A stretch of 64,000 bases of DNA, from positions 64,001 to 128,000 of the IMG/VR virus record IMGVR_UViG_3300008954_000005. One strand, given 5' to 3'. This document shows, in pieces, positions 19,043 to 27,081 of this stretch. How positions within the stretch are numbered: the first letter of the stretch is position 1; each line of letters starts with the position of its first letter. The notes beneath the pieces are model-generated. The model saw nothing but the letters and a program-made list of their open reading frames with translations. It had not been told where the DNA came from and ran no database searches. The position numbers and the translations under genes were made by a program. This DNA comes from a virus.

Positions 19043-19062
19043 TTTTAGGTATAAGAACTATG
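19043..19062 (+). promoter_or_regulatory. putative phage-RNAP promoter, copy 1 (TTTTAGGTATAAGAACTATG)
   Basis: 14 of 20 positions identical to the copies at 23119 and 42768; intergenic; upstream of a plus-strand gene. Confidence 0.7.
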
Positions 19063-19092
19063 GAGCAATGTAGCTCCCAACCAAATAAGAGG

Positions 19093-19120
19093 AGTATACC
19101 AGCGTGTATCTTTCTAACAA
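19093..19120 (-). promoter_or_regulatory. sigma70-like promoter for the RNAP gene (TTGTTA-N16-TATACT with extended -10 TG)
   Basis: Minus strand reads TTGTTAgaaagatacacgcTGgTATACT, about 80 nt upstream of the RNAP ATG, which has SD GGAGG. Confidence 0.45.
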
Positions 19121-19166
19121 TCATGGAACAATAGTCAAAGAGGTGCTTTATGTGGTGTCTTAACAC

Positions 19167-19445
19167 ATGCGAACTATTCGCGTCAGCCGTAGAATCATCG
19201 CTGATGATCGTCGGATAGCGATGTCTACTCGCGCCCCCAAACCTATTGCTTGTGACGTTGCCGGAATCTGGTGCTACGAACCCAAGAATTGCGGGGCGTG
19301 TGCTCATTTCATTGAGAACACTGGTTGCGTTAGATGGGTTTGCTCTGCATGTGTCGTTAAAGCTGATAAGGCCTCCCCGTACTATCAACGGGGCGTTTGC
19401 GACAGATGCGATAACCCCTCGGCAATACTAATTCTTGTCCATTAA
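19167..19445 (+). CDS. small Cys-rich putative zinc-binding protein
   Basis: 92 aa with 9 Cys including CGAC, CSAC and CDRC; fills the gap between RNAP and portal; its stop overlaps the portal stop (TTAA). Confidence 0.65.
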   Translation: MRTIRVSRRIIADDRRIAMSTRAPKPIACDVAGIWCYEPKNCGACAHFIENTGCVRWVCSACVVKADKASPYYQRGVCDRCDNPSAILILVH

Positions 19446-21445
19446 ACCTGCGCTCTATCTGGGTCTGCGCGTGAAGGTAGTTTCTCCGGTAGGGGATTCA
19501 TGGACTTCACGCCAGCCCCAGATAGGGCATTATTCACCAACATGTAGAGATCAGGGTTGCTTGCACGGATTTGGGACATGGCCCGATACCTGTCCACCTC
19601 ATTCATCTTTTTTAGCTCTGAGGTGAGTTGCTTGGCCTGTGCAAACATATCTACCATGCCGCCGTTTTGTTGAGCCTGAACCGGACTCTGCTCCACCCCT
19701 TGGACAGGCCCGCCTTCTTGTTGCGGCGGCTGTTGTTGCTGTTGCTCCATTCCGGGAGGCGGTGCCCCCTGTTGTTGAGCGGCGGCTGGATCACCGCCGC
19801 CTTGCTGTGGCGGAGCGCCTCCTTGTTGCGGAGCACCACCGCCCTGTTGAGCGGCTGCTTGTTGCTGGGCCATTTCCGGGAATGCCTGTTGCAACTCCTG
19901 CTGAGACTCTGCCTGTAGGAATTGAGCCTGTCCCTGATACCGAGTATTGATGAGCATTGCTTCGCCCTGAGCGCTCGCCTGTGCGATCATTTGCTCACGC
20001 TGCTGCTTATTCATCTTCGTCAGTTCAGTGCTGATAAGTTCCTGCTCGCTCTCAAAGTTAAAGTCTCGGGACTCCAAGAAGGTTCTGCGACTAATCATGT
20101 TTGAGCCAGCAAGCTGCATATCAAACTGTGCTCGCTGGATGTCGTCAGCCATCTTGAATGGCTTGAACTTCAGTTTGATTTTAGGAAGATCCAAGAAAGC
20201 GCACACACGATCACGGATAAACTCAACGAGACGAAGCATATCCTGCCGATTTCCCAAAAACTCATTCTCTAGCGCCCTAAGATTCACTGAGGCCCCTGAG
20301 TACTGCTGCTCTCCGTAAAAGAACCCAGTGGGAACACCCATTCCAGCGATTATTTGATCATTATAAATTCGGAGTTCTTGGTGGAGGAGTAGTGACCGCC
20401 CTTGCCCGCCAATCATCTGGTAGCCAACGGGGACAGGCATCACCGGGATATGGTTGTTGTCCTGCCGCCACTTCTTAATCTGACTAGAGACCTCTTCCTG
20501 CCAATCCTGAAGATTGATGTGTGCGTAAGGGTTGTTCCCGTCTGTAGTTACCTGTGGAAACATGACCCGCATGGGGACGATGTGCTCCATGGCGACAGCT
20601 TCCTGAGCTTTCCTCAAGACCTGTAGAAAGAAAATATCCTTAAGCACTGGGAGGATGAGTGGAGCACCCCAGCCACTATCGGAGGGGGCTCTTGAGATTG
20701 ATGCACGTTTCGCGTGAAACAGTTTAGAGCTTTCGAGAAGGATGCTCTTCTTCTTCCGCATTGCCTCGATAAAAGCCTGCGGCACCGTTTCGATGATTGA
20801 GGGTTTACCGAGGGTGATATCGTTTTTGATATAGCGAGGAACCTCGTAGTAATACTCGCTTTTCCCGGTAATTTCGTTGTAGTTGATTTTGATGTTCTTC
20901 GGATTCCAACGAATAAGCCGAATCTGTAGGCCAGCCTTTACTGGCTCATCCTTTACACCAGCAATCCCTTCGTGCCCGCACGAGTCGCAAGTGATGTGGA
21001 ATTGATAGCTCTTCCACTTGTACTTGATCTTCCTTGCCTCGTAGTCTGCCTTGCACTCCTTACAAGTAAGAACCTTTGTAAAGGGGAAGGATACGGAGAC
21101 AAAAGCATTGCCGTACGTGTACCTATCTAGATTCGTTTCTACGAGGAACTGCCGCAGCAAAAACTGCTTTTCGAAGATCTCTTTGTATCGCTCTGTGACG
21201 CCTTCGTTATCGTCCTCATAGATAAGGTCGGTAATGGCGTAAGTTGCGAGCTTCTGCGTAATGCTGCTGACCAGGGGATTAGTAAGCTGGTAGTACAAGC
21301 ACCAGTCAAAAGTATCTTTGATCGTTTTGGGTAGATAGTTTTGTGCAACGTCAAAAAAGGGACTCGGGTAGAACTTTTCTGGTCTGCCCACCGTGGATGC
21401 GCGGGCTCTACCGCCTGAAACGTAACGACCAATATTACTAGACAT
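19442..21445 (-). CDS. portal protein with Zn-ribbon insertion and Q/P/G-rich tail
   Basis: Portal-like pattern (YTYGNAFV, LIRWNP..I, GWGAPLILP, IIAGMGVP, GASVNLRALEN); CKEC...CDSC insertion; lies in the head module. Confidence 0.75.
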   Translation of the reverse strand: MSSNIGRYVSGGRARASTVGRPEKFYPSPFFDVAQNYLPKTIKDTFDWCLYYQLTNPLVSSITQKLATYAITDLIYEDDNEGVTERYKEIFEKQFLLRQFLVETNLDRYTYGNAFVSVSFPFTKVLTCKECKADYEARKIKYKWKSYQFHITCDSCGHEGIAGVKDEPVKAGLQIRLIRWNPKNIKINYNEITGKSEYYYEVPRYIKNDITLGKPSIIETVPQAFIEAMRKKKSILLESSKLFHAKRASISRAPSDSGWGAPLILPVLKDIFFLQVLRKAQEAVAMEHIVPMRVMFPQVTTDGNNPYAHINLQDWQEEVSSQIKKWRQDNNHIPVMPVPVGYQMIGGQGRSLLLHQELRIYNDQIIAGMGVPTGFFYGEQQYSGASVNLRALENEFLGNRQDMLRLVEFIRDRVCAFLDLPKIKLKFKPFKMADDIQRAQFDMQLAGSNMISRRTFLESRDFNFESEQELISTELTKMNKQQREQMIAQASAQGEAMLINTRYQGQAQFLQAESQQELQQAFPEMAQQQAAAQQGGGAPQQGGAPPQQGGGDPAAAQQQGAPPPGMEQQQQQPPQQEGGPVQGVEQSPVQAQQNGGMVDMFAQAKQLTSELKKMNEVDRYRAMSQIRASNPDLYMLVNNALSGAGVKSMNPLPEKLPSRADPDRAQV
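19606..19617 (+). terminator. putative sequence-specific termination signal TCTTTTTTAGCT, copy 1
   Basis: Exact 12-mer shared with the terminators at 41628 and 43548; 160 nt after the 19167-19445 gene; antisense within the portal CDS. Confidence 0.5.
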
Positions 21446-21454
21446 AATAATCCC

Positions 21455-22114
21455 CTACGGAAGAAGCCGTTTTAACTGAATAAGAAGCATTCTGGAAGAA
21501 CTCTCCAAGAAGTCTTGCACAGTAATGCACTTCATAATTTGTACGTCATCCTCGTTCACACCATCAAACGTGGGGACATATTTCCGGTCCAAAGCCGCCT
21601 TTACTCGCAACTGCTGCTCCCGAGAAACAAACTTAAGTAGGTGTTCGTTGCACGGACCCAGCGGACCCGGCCCGTAGGCCAAGCCGTAATCCATCATGCA
21701 CGCGGCGGTGTACTTGTACACCTCATCCGAAATCTTTGTGCCCTCTTTTACTTGGCTTAGCACATCTAATGCAAAGGCCGCTCTGTGTGGAGAGGGCTTC
21801 TGTATCAAGTCGAACTTGGGTGGTGTCCCTAAAAGCCCAGAGCAAACAAGATCGAATACTTCCCAACGCTCGTAGGGCTGGTCCGTTGTGTGGCAAGTCC
21901 GGATAGCCTGGATTTTATTTCTGTTTACTTCAGAAACGGTTGTTCCCCATGTACGGGAAATCTCAAGCCAACAAGTTTCCGGTTCCCAACCAAGGTACTC
22001 AGGACCAAACTCCTTAACCAAGAGAAGGTTCAGTACAAGTGGGTGCGCAGACTTATTCGTGAACGCGTGTTTGGGGGAGCCCAAACCACTATTAGCCTTA
22101 ATGGGCTTCATCAA
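21455..22114 (-). CDS. hypothetical protein upstream of portal
   Basis: 219-aa ORF coupled to its neighbours. Confidence 0.75.
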   Translation of the reverse strand: MMKPIKANSGLGSPKHAFTNKSAHPLVLNLLLVKEFGPEYLGWEPETCWLEISRTWGTTVSEVNRNKIQAIRTCHTTDQPYERWEVFDLVCSGLLGTPPKFDLIQKPSPHRAAFALDVLSQVKEGTKISDEVYKYTAACMMDYGLAYGPGPLGPCNEHLLKFVSREQQLRVKAALDRKYVPTFDGVNEDDVQIMKCITVQDFLESSSRMLLIQLKRLLP

Positions 22115-23093
22115 TCATCCGAGCGATTGCTTGCTTGTGGGTAGTCGGTAGGCTGGACAACACCGTGGCTGGGTCAGCCTGGAATTGCTCCTTGAAGTCC
22201 TCACCAAAAGCATCTTCTAGTTGTGAGGCTCCGCCACCTGTAACCCAAGAAGCGATCCTGTCGGATGTATATTCGTTTCCACCAATCTCTACCGGGCGCT
22301 CTACGTTTGCGGCCTTCTCAATAGTAGAGCCAAATACGGATGCGTACGGATCCAATATTACGTTGTTATAATGGTGGGTAATCTTGTACTTCTCATCAAA
22401 CTCTGTGAGGGCTTCGGCCAAAGGCTCCCCAACAAACCCAGCGGACGCCTTTTTCTGAAGCTCTTCTAATTCGATGATGGCGTCGGCCTCCATAAGAACG
22501 AGTCTTCTTGTATCGAGAGCAAGATTGAAGTCACTTCCGATATCATCAGCAGCATAATTAGCCAGCTTTTCGGAGAACTCTGCGCCTGCCTCTTTAACCT
22601 GAAGAGCCAAGCGACGTTTTCCTCTTGGGGAGAGGCCGCTGAATGCATCCTCAACCAACTCCATGTTGTCCTCGTCTGAGCCGGTAAACCCAAACAGGGT
22701 CTCAAGAGACATATCCTCGCCCTCACCACTGTAACCAACCTCAATTGCGGCAGTCTTAGTGAGTTCTTCAGGGGGCGTAAAGCCAAAAGAGACTAGGGCC
22801 TCATTCAGCTTCTTCGCAGCTTCCTTGCGGAGGTCTCCAGGCAGAGAATCCCCGTACTCAGCGAAGTAAATCGCTGATGCAACGGTGTTCCCAGCGTCAC
22901 ACACAGGATAACGGTATTCCGTACCATGCTCAGTTTCAGCAACTAGAGCGTAATCTTCAGCATGCTTAATCGTTGCTTCCGACAAGTTTGCGGCAACTTT
23001 AATAATTGCAGGAACGCCCTTGTCAGAAAGCTCCCTTCGAAGGAAGCGTCCTTCATCGTCATACTGGTCGTAAACATTTGAAAAGCTTGGCAT
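22098..23093 (-). CDS. acidic K-x-A-rich putative head/scaffold protein, first gene of the minus-strand block
   Basis: ATG at 23093 with SD GGAG; KVAA, KHA, KEAA, KTAA, KEAG, KLA, KKAS, KAA motifs; YRYPVCDAGNT..SAIYF motif. Confidence 0.75.
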   Translation of the reverse strand: MPSFSNVYDQYDDEGRFLRRELSDKGVPAIIKVAANLSEATIKHAEDYALVAETEHGTEYRYPVCDAGNTVASAIYFAEYGDSLPGDLRKEAAKKLNEALVSFGFTPPEELTKTAAIEVGYSGEGEDMSLETLFGFTGSDEDNMELVEDAFSGLSPRGKRRLALQVKEAGAEFSEKLANYAADDIGSDFNLALDTRRLVLMEADAIIELEELQKKASAGFVGEPLAEALTEFDEKYKITHHYNNVILDPYASVFGSTIEKAANVERPVEIGGNEYTSDRIASWVTGGGASQLEDAFGEDFKEQFQADPATVLSSLPTTHKQAIARMIDEAH

Positions 23094-23118
23094 TTCTATC
23101 TCCACAATGGTTGAGCCC

Positions 23119-23138
23119 TTTTTGGTATAAGCACTTTG
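23119..23138 (+). promoter_or_regulatory. putative phage-RNAP promoter, copy 2 (TTTTTGGTATAAGCACTTTG)
   Basis: At the strand switch heading the replication block; matches the motifs at 19043 and 42768. Confidence 0.7.
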
Positions 23139-23179
23139 TTAGCTACCTTACCTACACCCTAACTCGGAGGTTAGTGATC

Positions 23180-23452
23180 ATGTCAAATGATAAACCGTAT
23201 ACCATTAATGTAGAAGTGCCAACTGATTCTATAACAACAGATGAACCCAGAGAAGTTCCTGAAATTTTAGTAACTGGTTTGATGGACTTATTCAATAGGA
23301 TCTCCCGCAGTCTCCGCAAACCACCCTCTCAAGATACCACAGGGACTGCGCTTGAAACCGGTGGAACCATCATAGATATCGACTTTGACGAAGTATCTGC
23401 TTGTGACAAAGAAGATTCTGTCATATATCATGATAGCGATCAAGACAACTAG
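23180..23452 (+). CDS. small acidic hypothetical protein
   Basis: MSNDKPY start with SD GGAGG; 90 aa. Confidence 0.6.
   Translation: MSNDKPYTINVEVPTDSITTDEPREVPEILVTGLMDLFNRISRSLRKPPSQDTTGTALETGGTIIDIDFDEVSACDKEDSVIYHDSDQDN
23403..23435 (+). promoter_or_regulatory. sigma70-like promoter (GTGACA-N17-TATCAT) overlapped by inverted repeats, probable operator
   Basis: TGACA-N10-TGTCA (23404-23423) and palindrome TATCATGATA (23426-23435) lie just upstream of the XRE gene. Confidence 0.55.
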
Positions 23453-23463
23453 CAGAGGACTCT

Positions 23464-23901
23464 ATGAAAACAAAATCTCGTTTCGGCACGGTTTTGTCAA
23501 CCATGCGAACCAGCCGCAGACTGTCCTCTCGTAAATTTGCAGAATTGTGTGGATTAAATAGAGAGACGTACCGTCAGTACGAAACGGGCAAAGTTTTACC
23601 GCCAAACCAGAGTTTGGAGAAGATTCTTAAGGCACTCGACCTTGACCCCAGTAAAGACGAAGAGGCTAAACGGCTGATAGCGGCTCTATACGAAGAACGA
23701 AGTAAAAGAGAGCCCGCAGCTAAACGAGCTTTTGGTGCCGCCGCTAACGCGGAACTTCGGAAATATATTAAAAAGGACTCCATCTCAGAAGACAAGACCG
23801 CCCGAATAGTGGACTTGTTCTTTGAGCACCTCCCAACAGAACGAACGGAGAGTATGGAACATTTTATCTCGGGGGCAATAACCCGGATATTGGAGAAGTA
23901 A
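23464..23901 (+). CDS. XRE-family HTH transcriptional regulator
   Basis: FGTVLSTMR...LSSRKFAELCGLNRETYRQYETGKVLP...LEKILKAL. Confidence 0.88.
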   Translation: MKTKSRFGTVLSTMRTSRRLSSRKFAELCGLNRETYRQYETGKVLPPNQSLEKILKALDLDPSKDEEAKRLIAALYEERSKREPAAKRAFGAAANAELRKYIKKDSISEDKTARIVDLFFEHLPTERTESMEHFISGAITRILEK

Positions 23902-23902
23902 C

Positions 23903-25306
23903 TTGAAACCCTACCTACCAGAAAGTGACCAGGGTGCGTCGCTTGAAGGTCTAGTTTGTTGTTCTGCTTCCGTTTGGGTTCCCTCTGAGCGGTTGACCAA
24001 CAAGCAAGCCTTCATACGAGCAGCCACGATCAATGTGGTAAACGACCGGACTGGGGATGTAACCTCAGTACCGCTAGCCGCAGAAGTAGGGGATTACGTT
24101 GTAATAGCTAGACACTTTTTCACTAAAGAGGTCTGGTTAGAGAAGGTAGAGTCTTGGGAACAAGTCTCTCTTTCCTACGAATCTTTTGACTTCGGTGACA
24201 AGATCACACCTAGAGACGCTGACCAGCTTGCTGCTTGGGAAGCCTTCTCTGAAAGAAATCACGGCGTCTTGAACCTAGCCTGCGGAAAAGGCAAAACCGT
24301 CCTAGCACTAAAAAAGATTGCTCAGCGCGGACATCCCGCCGTCGTTGTGGTGAACAACAGTGGCCTTATGGATCAATGGAAAGAGCGTGCATTAGAGTTT
24401 TTGGACATCTCAGAAGATGACATCGGTATCGTGCAAGGCCCAAAGGCTGAGTGGGATAAACCTCTTGTCATCGCCATGATTCACACCCTCGCAAAACGAG
24501 CAGACTCTATCCCCTTGGATATCCGAACCCGTTTTGGAACTGTTGTGTTTGATGAAGTACACCACCTCTCGGCCACAACCTTTAGCCAGACAGCCCCATT
24601 ATTTTTCGGTAATAGGTTCGGCTTAACCGCTACACCTTGCCGGGAAGATGGCTTAGAAGATGTGTACTACTCTCATGTAGGGCGCATTTTCTATAGTGAT
24701 TTAGCTGGTGACATAGAGGCGGAGATATACTTCAAGAAGGTGTCCACCCCAATGCCAAAAGACACCTCGGTGATTAAAGACATCACCGGAGAGTTCTCGG
24801 CGGGGAAGATGTACAAATACTTTGCGGAGCACGACGCCCGCAACGTCGCCCTTTTAAAGACGGTCGAGTCCGCGTTGGACAGTGGAAGAAAAGTCCTTGT
24901 CCTCACGCACAGTAAGGATCATCCAGCCATCATGGTTGAGAAGTTTCTGGACAGCCCGTGTAAGGAAAGGTATACAGCAGGGGCGGTTTCAGGGGATACC
25001 CCCGGAGACCTCCGAACGAAAATAATTGAAGATAACAACGTGACTTTCGCCACTTTTGGGGTTGCCCGTGAGGGGCTGGATGTCGCAGCACTGGACACGC
25101 TTATTTTTGCTAGTCCATTTAAGGCTTGGGGGGCGTTTCAACAAGGGAAGGGGAGAATTGAACGCCGCCACAAAGACAAGAAACCCCCAGTGGTTATCGT
25201 TTTAGACGACTATAACTTTGGCCCAGCCAGGGCAATGTGTAAACACCTAAGGAAGAGTATTAGAGCCAATGGATTTAGACACAGTGACATCGGAAGAGAA
25301 GATTGA
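23903..25306 (+). CDS. superfamily 2 DNA helicase (UvsW/XPB-like)
   Basis: LACGKGKT, VFDEVHH, GLTATP.REDG, REGLDV, QQGKGRIER. Confidence 0.9.
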   Translation: MKPYLPESDQGASLEGLVCCSASVWVPSERLTNKQAFIRAATINVVNDRTGDVTSVPLAAEVGDYVVIARHFFTKEVWLEKVESWEQVSLSYESFDFGDKITPRDADQLAAWEAFSERNHGVLNLACGKGKTVLALKKIAQRGHPAVVVVNNSGLMDQWKERALEFLDISEDDIGIVQGPKAEWDKPLVIAMIHTLAKRADSIPLDIRTRFGTVVFDEVHHLSATTFSQTAPLFFGNRFGLTATPCREDGLEDVYYSHVGRIFYSDLAGDIEAEIYFKKVSTPMPKDTSVIKDITGEFSAGKMYKYFAEHDARNVALLKTVESALDSGRKVLVLTHSKDHPAIMVEKFLDSPCKERYTAGAVSGDTPGDLRTKIIEDNNVTFATFGVAREGLDVAALDTLIFASPFKAWGAFQQGKGRIERRHKDKKPPVVIVLDDYNFGPARAMCKHLRKSIRANGFRHSDIGRED

Positions 25307-25937
25307 GAACTTACTGTTCGAACAACGCTCTTGCACCTCATGTGGTCTCCACAGAAACCGCAAAGTTCTTCTTTGTGGAAAAGGCAGTCCTAGTACCCAC
25401 CTTGTAGCTGTAATTGATCGCGTCGGCCCAAGGGCCGCTGTGACAGGCGATATTCTCTCAAGCGGTGAAGGCCGGTTCCTGAACACTCTGTTCAAGAGAG
25501 CCGGAATGAGTCCAGCGGCTATTTGGGTTACCCCAGTAGTATCTTGCCCGACAGGGGGGCTTAGGCCACAACCACGTCGAATAGAGATGCTTCCGGCACC
25601 GAAAAAGTCAGAAGTAGAAGCATGTAATACACGGCTCCACCAAGAGATTCATCTAATTGAGCCTTGCCTTATATTTGCCTTCGGCTCCGCTTCAGTGAAC
25701 GCGCTTGTTCCAAACGTAAAGGTTCAAGAAGTACAAGGGCGGGTAGTAGAGGCCTTCATTCAGGGAGACCTAATTAAATACCCAGTGCCTACTATGGCAC
25801 TCCCATCTGTCAACCAACTGTATAGAAACCCGTCACAAAAAGTCGGGGGTATATGGAATAAGACACTAGATAACATACGCGTGGGTTTAGATATAGCCCA
25901 CAGAATCAAATCCTTAAGGAGGAATCAACATGGCTAG
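25269..25937 (+). CDS. uracil-DNA glycosylase family-4-like protein with degenerate active site
   Basis: CTSCGLHRNR, G.GSP, VVSCP, P...EVEAC..RLHQEI.LIEP, LYRNP follow the UDG-F4 fold; GEAPG and HP motifs are missing. Confidence 0.8.
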   Translation: MDLDTVTSEEKIENLLFEQRSCTSCGLHRNRKVLLCGKGSPSTHLVAVIDRVGPRAAVTGDILSSGEGRFLNTLFKRAGMSPAAIWVTPVVSCPTGGLRPQPRRIEMLPAPKKSEVEACNTRLHQEIHLIEPCLIFAFGSASVNALVPNVKVQEVQGRVVEAFIQGDLIKYPVPTMALPSVNQLYRNPSQKVGGIWNKTLDNIRVGLDIAHRIKSLRRNQHG

Positions 25938-26352
25938 TGAACGAGAAGTACGGAAGCTTGAGAAAGCTTTCGCAAACAAAAGAGATCAATTGTTGGAATT
26001 TATGGCTGACCACGAGCAAGTGTTTGACCAGTTCCATCAACTTGTACAGGAGTACAACGTTTCTCGCAGTAATGCGATTGACGCATTTAGAAGTCGTCCC
26101 GGAACGGACCCCATGTCTATCGGGATTATGGACCGCTCACGGGCACCAGAAACCTGGGCCTACGAGCCCCATGAACTTCCGTCTTCATATCTGAAGACCC
26201 CTGGCGTCGTTAAATCCGTTGATAACCGTGTAATCGAGCAAGGTATTGTTGCAGGTACCTTCGACGCCGACTTGATTAACGGTGCTAGAACCAAAAAGCA
26301 CGGCACCCCACGGGTCTCGGCCCCGAAGGAAGTCGTTATTAAGGTCGCATAA
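25930..26352 (+). CDS. hypothetical protein
   Basis: SD AAGGAGG; 140 aa; N-terminal coiled coil. Confidence 0.75.
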   Translation: MASEREVRKLEKAFANKRDQLLEFMADHEQVFDQFHQLVQEYNVSRSNAIDAFRSRPGTDPMSIGIMDRSRAPETWAYEPHELPSSYLKTPGVVKSVDNRVIEQGIVAGTFDADLINGARTKKHGTPRVSAPKEVVIKVA

Positions 26353-26786
26353 TGCGTGCTCGCATGCACGACGGGGAGGGTGCTTACGGCACCCTCTCCG
26401 TCTTTATACGAAAAACGTGGAAAGATGGACCATCTAAAAAAGATAAGGAGTACGAAATGGCCGAAAGACTTGAAGATCGAATCCCCGTTCGAGACTTAGT
26501 ATTTGAACGAGACGATGGATACGCTGCTGTTACAGCCAGCGTATCCACAAAAGTATCAGACTCAGTACATTACGCAGAAGGGACCTGGGATAAGATCCCA
26601 TACAGCGTTGAGGTTTTCTCAAGTGTCACGCTTCAGTGTGACCAGAACGCCGACACTATCCGTGCTGCGCACAACATGGCATATGACTTGGCTTGGGAGG
26701 CTTCTCGTGAGCATCTCGGTAAAGCCATGATGGGCCATGTTACAGACATTAGAACACGGTTGTATGAGGAACGATTCAATGATTGA
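26352..26786 (+). CDS. hypothetical protein
   Basis: TAATG coupling; 144 aa. Confidence 0.7.
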   Translation: MRARMHDGEGAYGTLSVFIRKTWKDGPSKKDKEYEMAERLEDRIPVRDLVFERDDGYAAVTASVSTKVSDSVHYAEGTWDKIPYSVEVFSSVTLQCDQNADTIRAAHNMAYDLAWEASREHLGKAMMGHVTDIRTRLYEERFND

Positions 26787-27081
26787 ATTTAACAGCAACC
26801 GAATAAACGGCCTCAAGTGTTTTGAGGTTACGGTGTCCTGGCACCACCATGGGACCAATGTGCGTCCTACGGTGGAGGCCAGTATCGCGTACTTAACGGA
26901 GGGAAAAGCCGCAGGTATGGCGACGTCTAATGAGTTCTCTGAAGAAGTTCTGACAAAAGCACAACAGCTTGTTGAGGCGATTGAGTCAGAATTTCTGAAG
27001 GGCGTTGGCGGTAGTGAGGATGACACCAGTGAAGAGGCAGTACGTACAACCATCAAAGGCTTAGTAGACAGGGAGTTCTAA
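26779..27081 (+). CDS. hypothetical protein
   Basis: MIEFNSN start with SD GAGGA; coupled to DnaB. Confidence 0.65.
   Translation: MIEFNSNRINGLKCFEVTVSWHHHGTNVRPTVEASIAYLTEGKAAGMATSNEFSEEVLTKAQQLVEAIESEFLKGVGGSEDDTSEEAVRTTIKGLVDREF

Noticed and set aside
19060-19134. 24-codon ORF MEQCSSQ… starting at the ATG within promoter motif copy 1
   Set aside because: The other two motif copies have TTG/GTG with no comparable ORF, and I see no support for translation.
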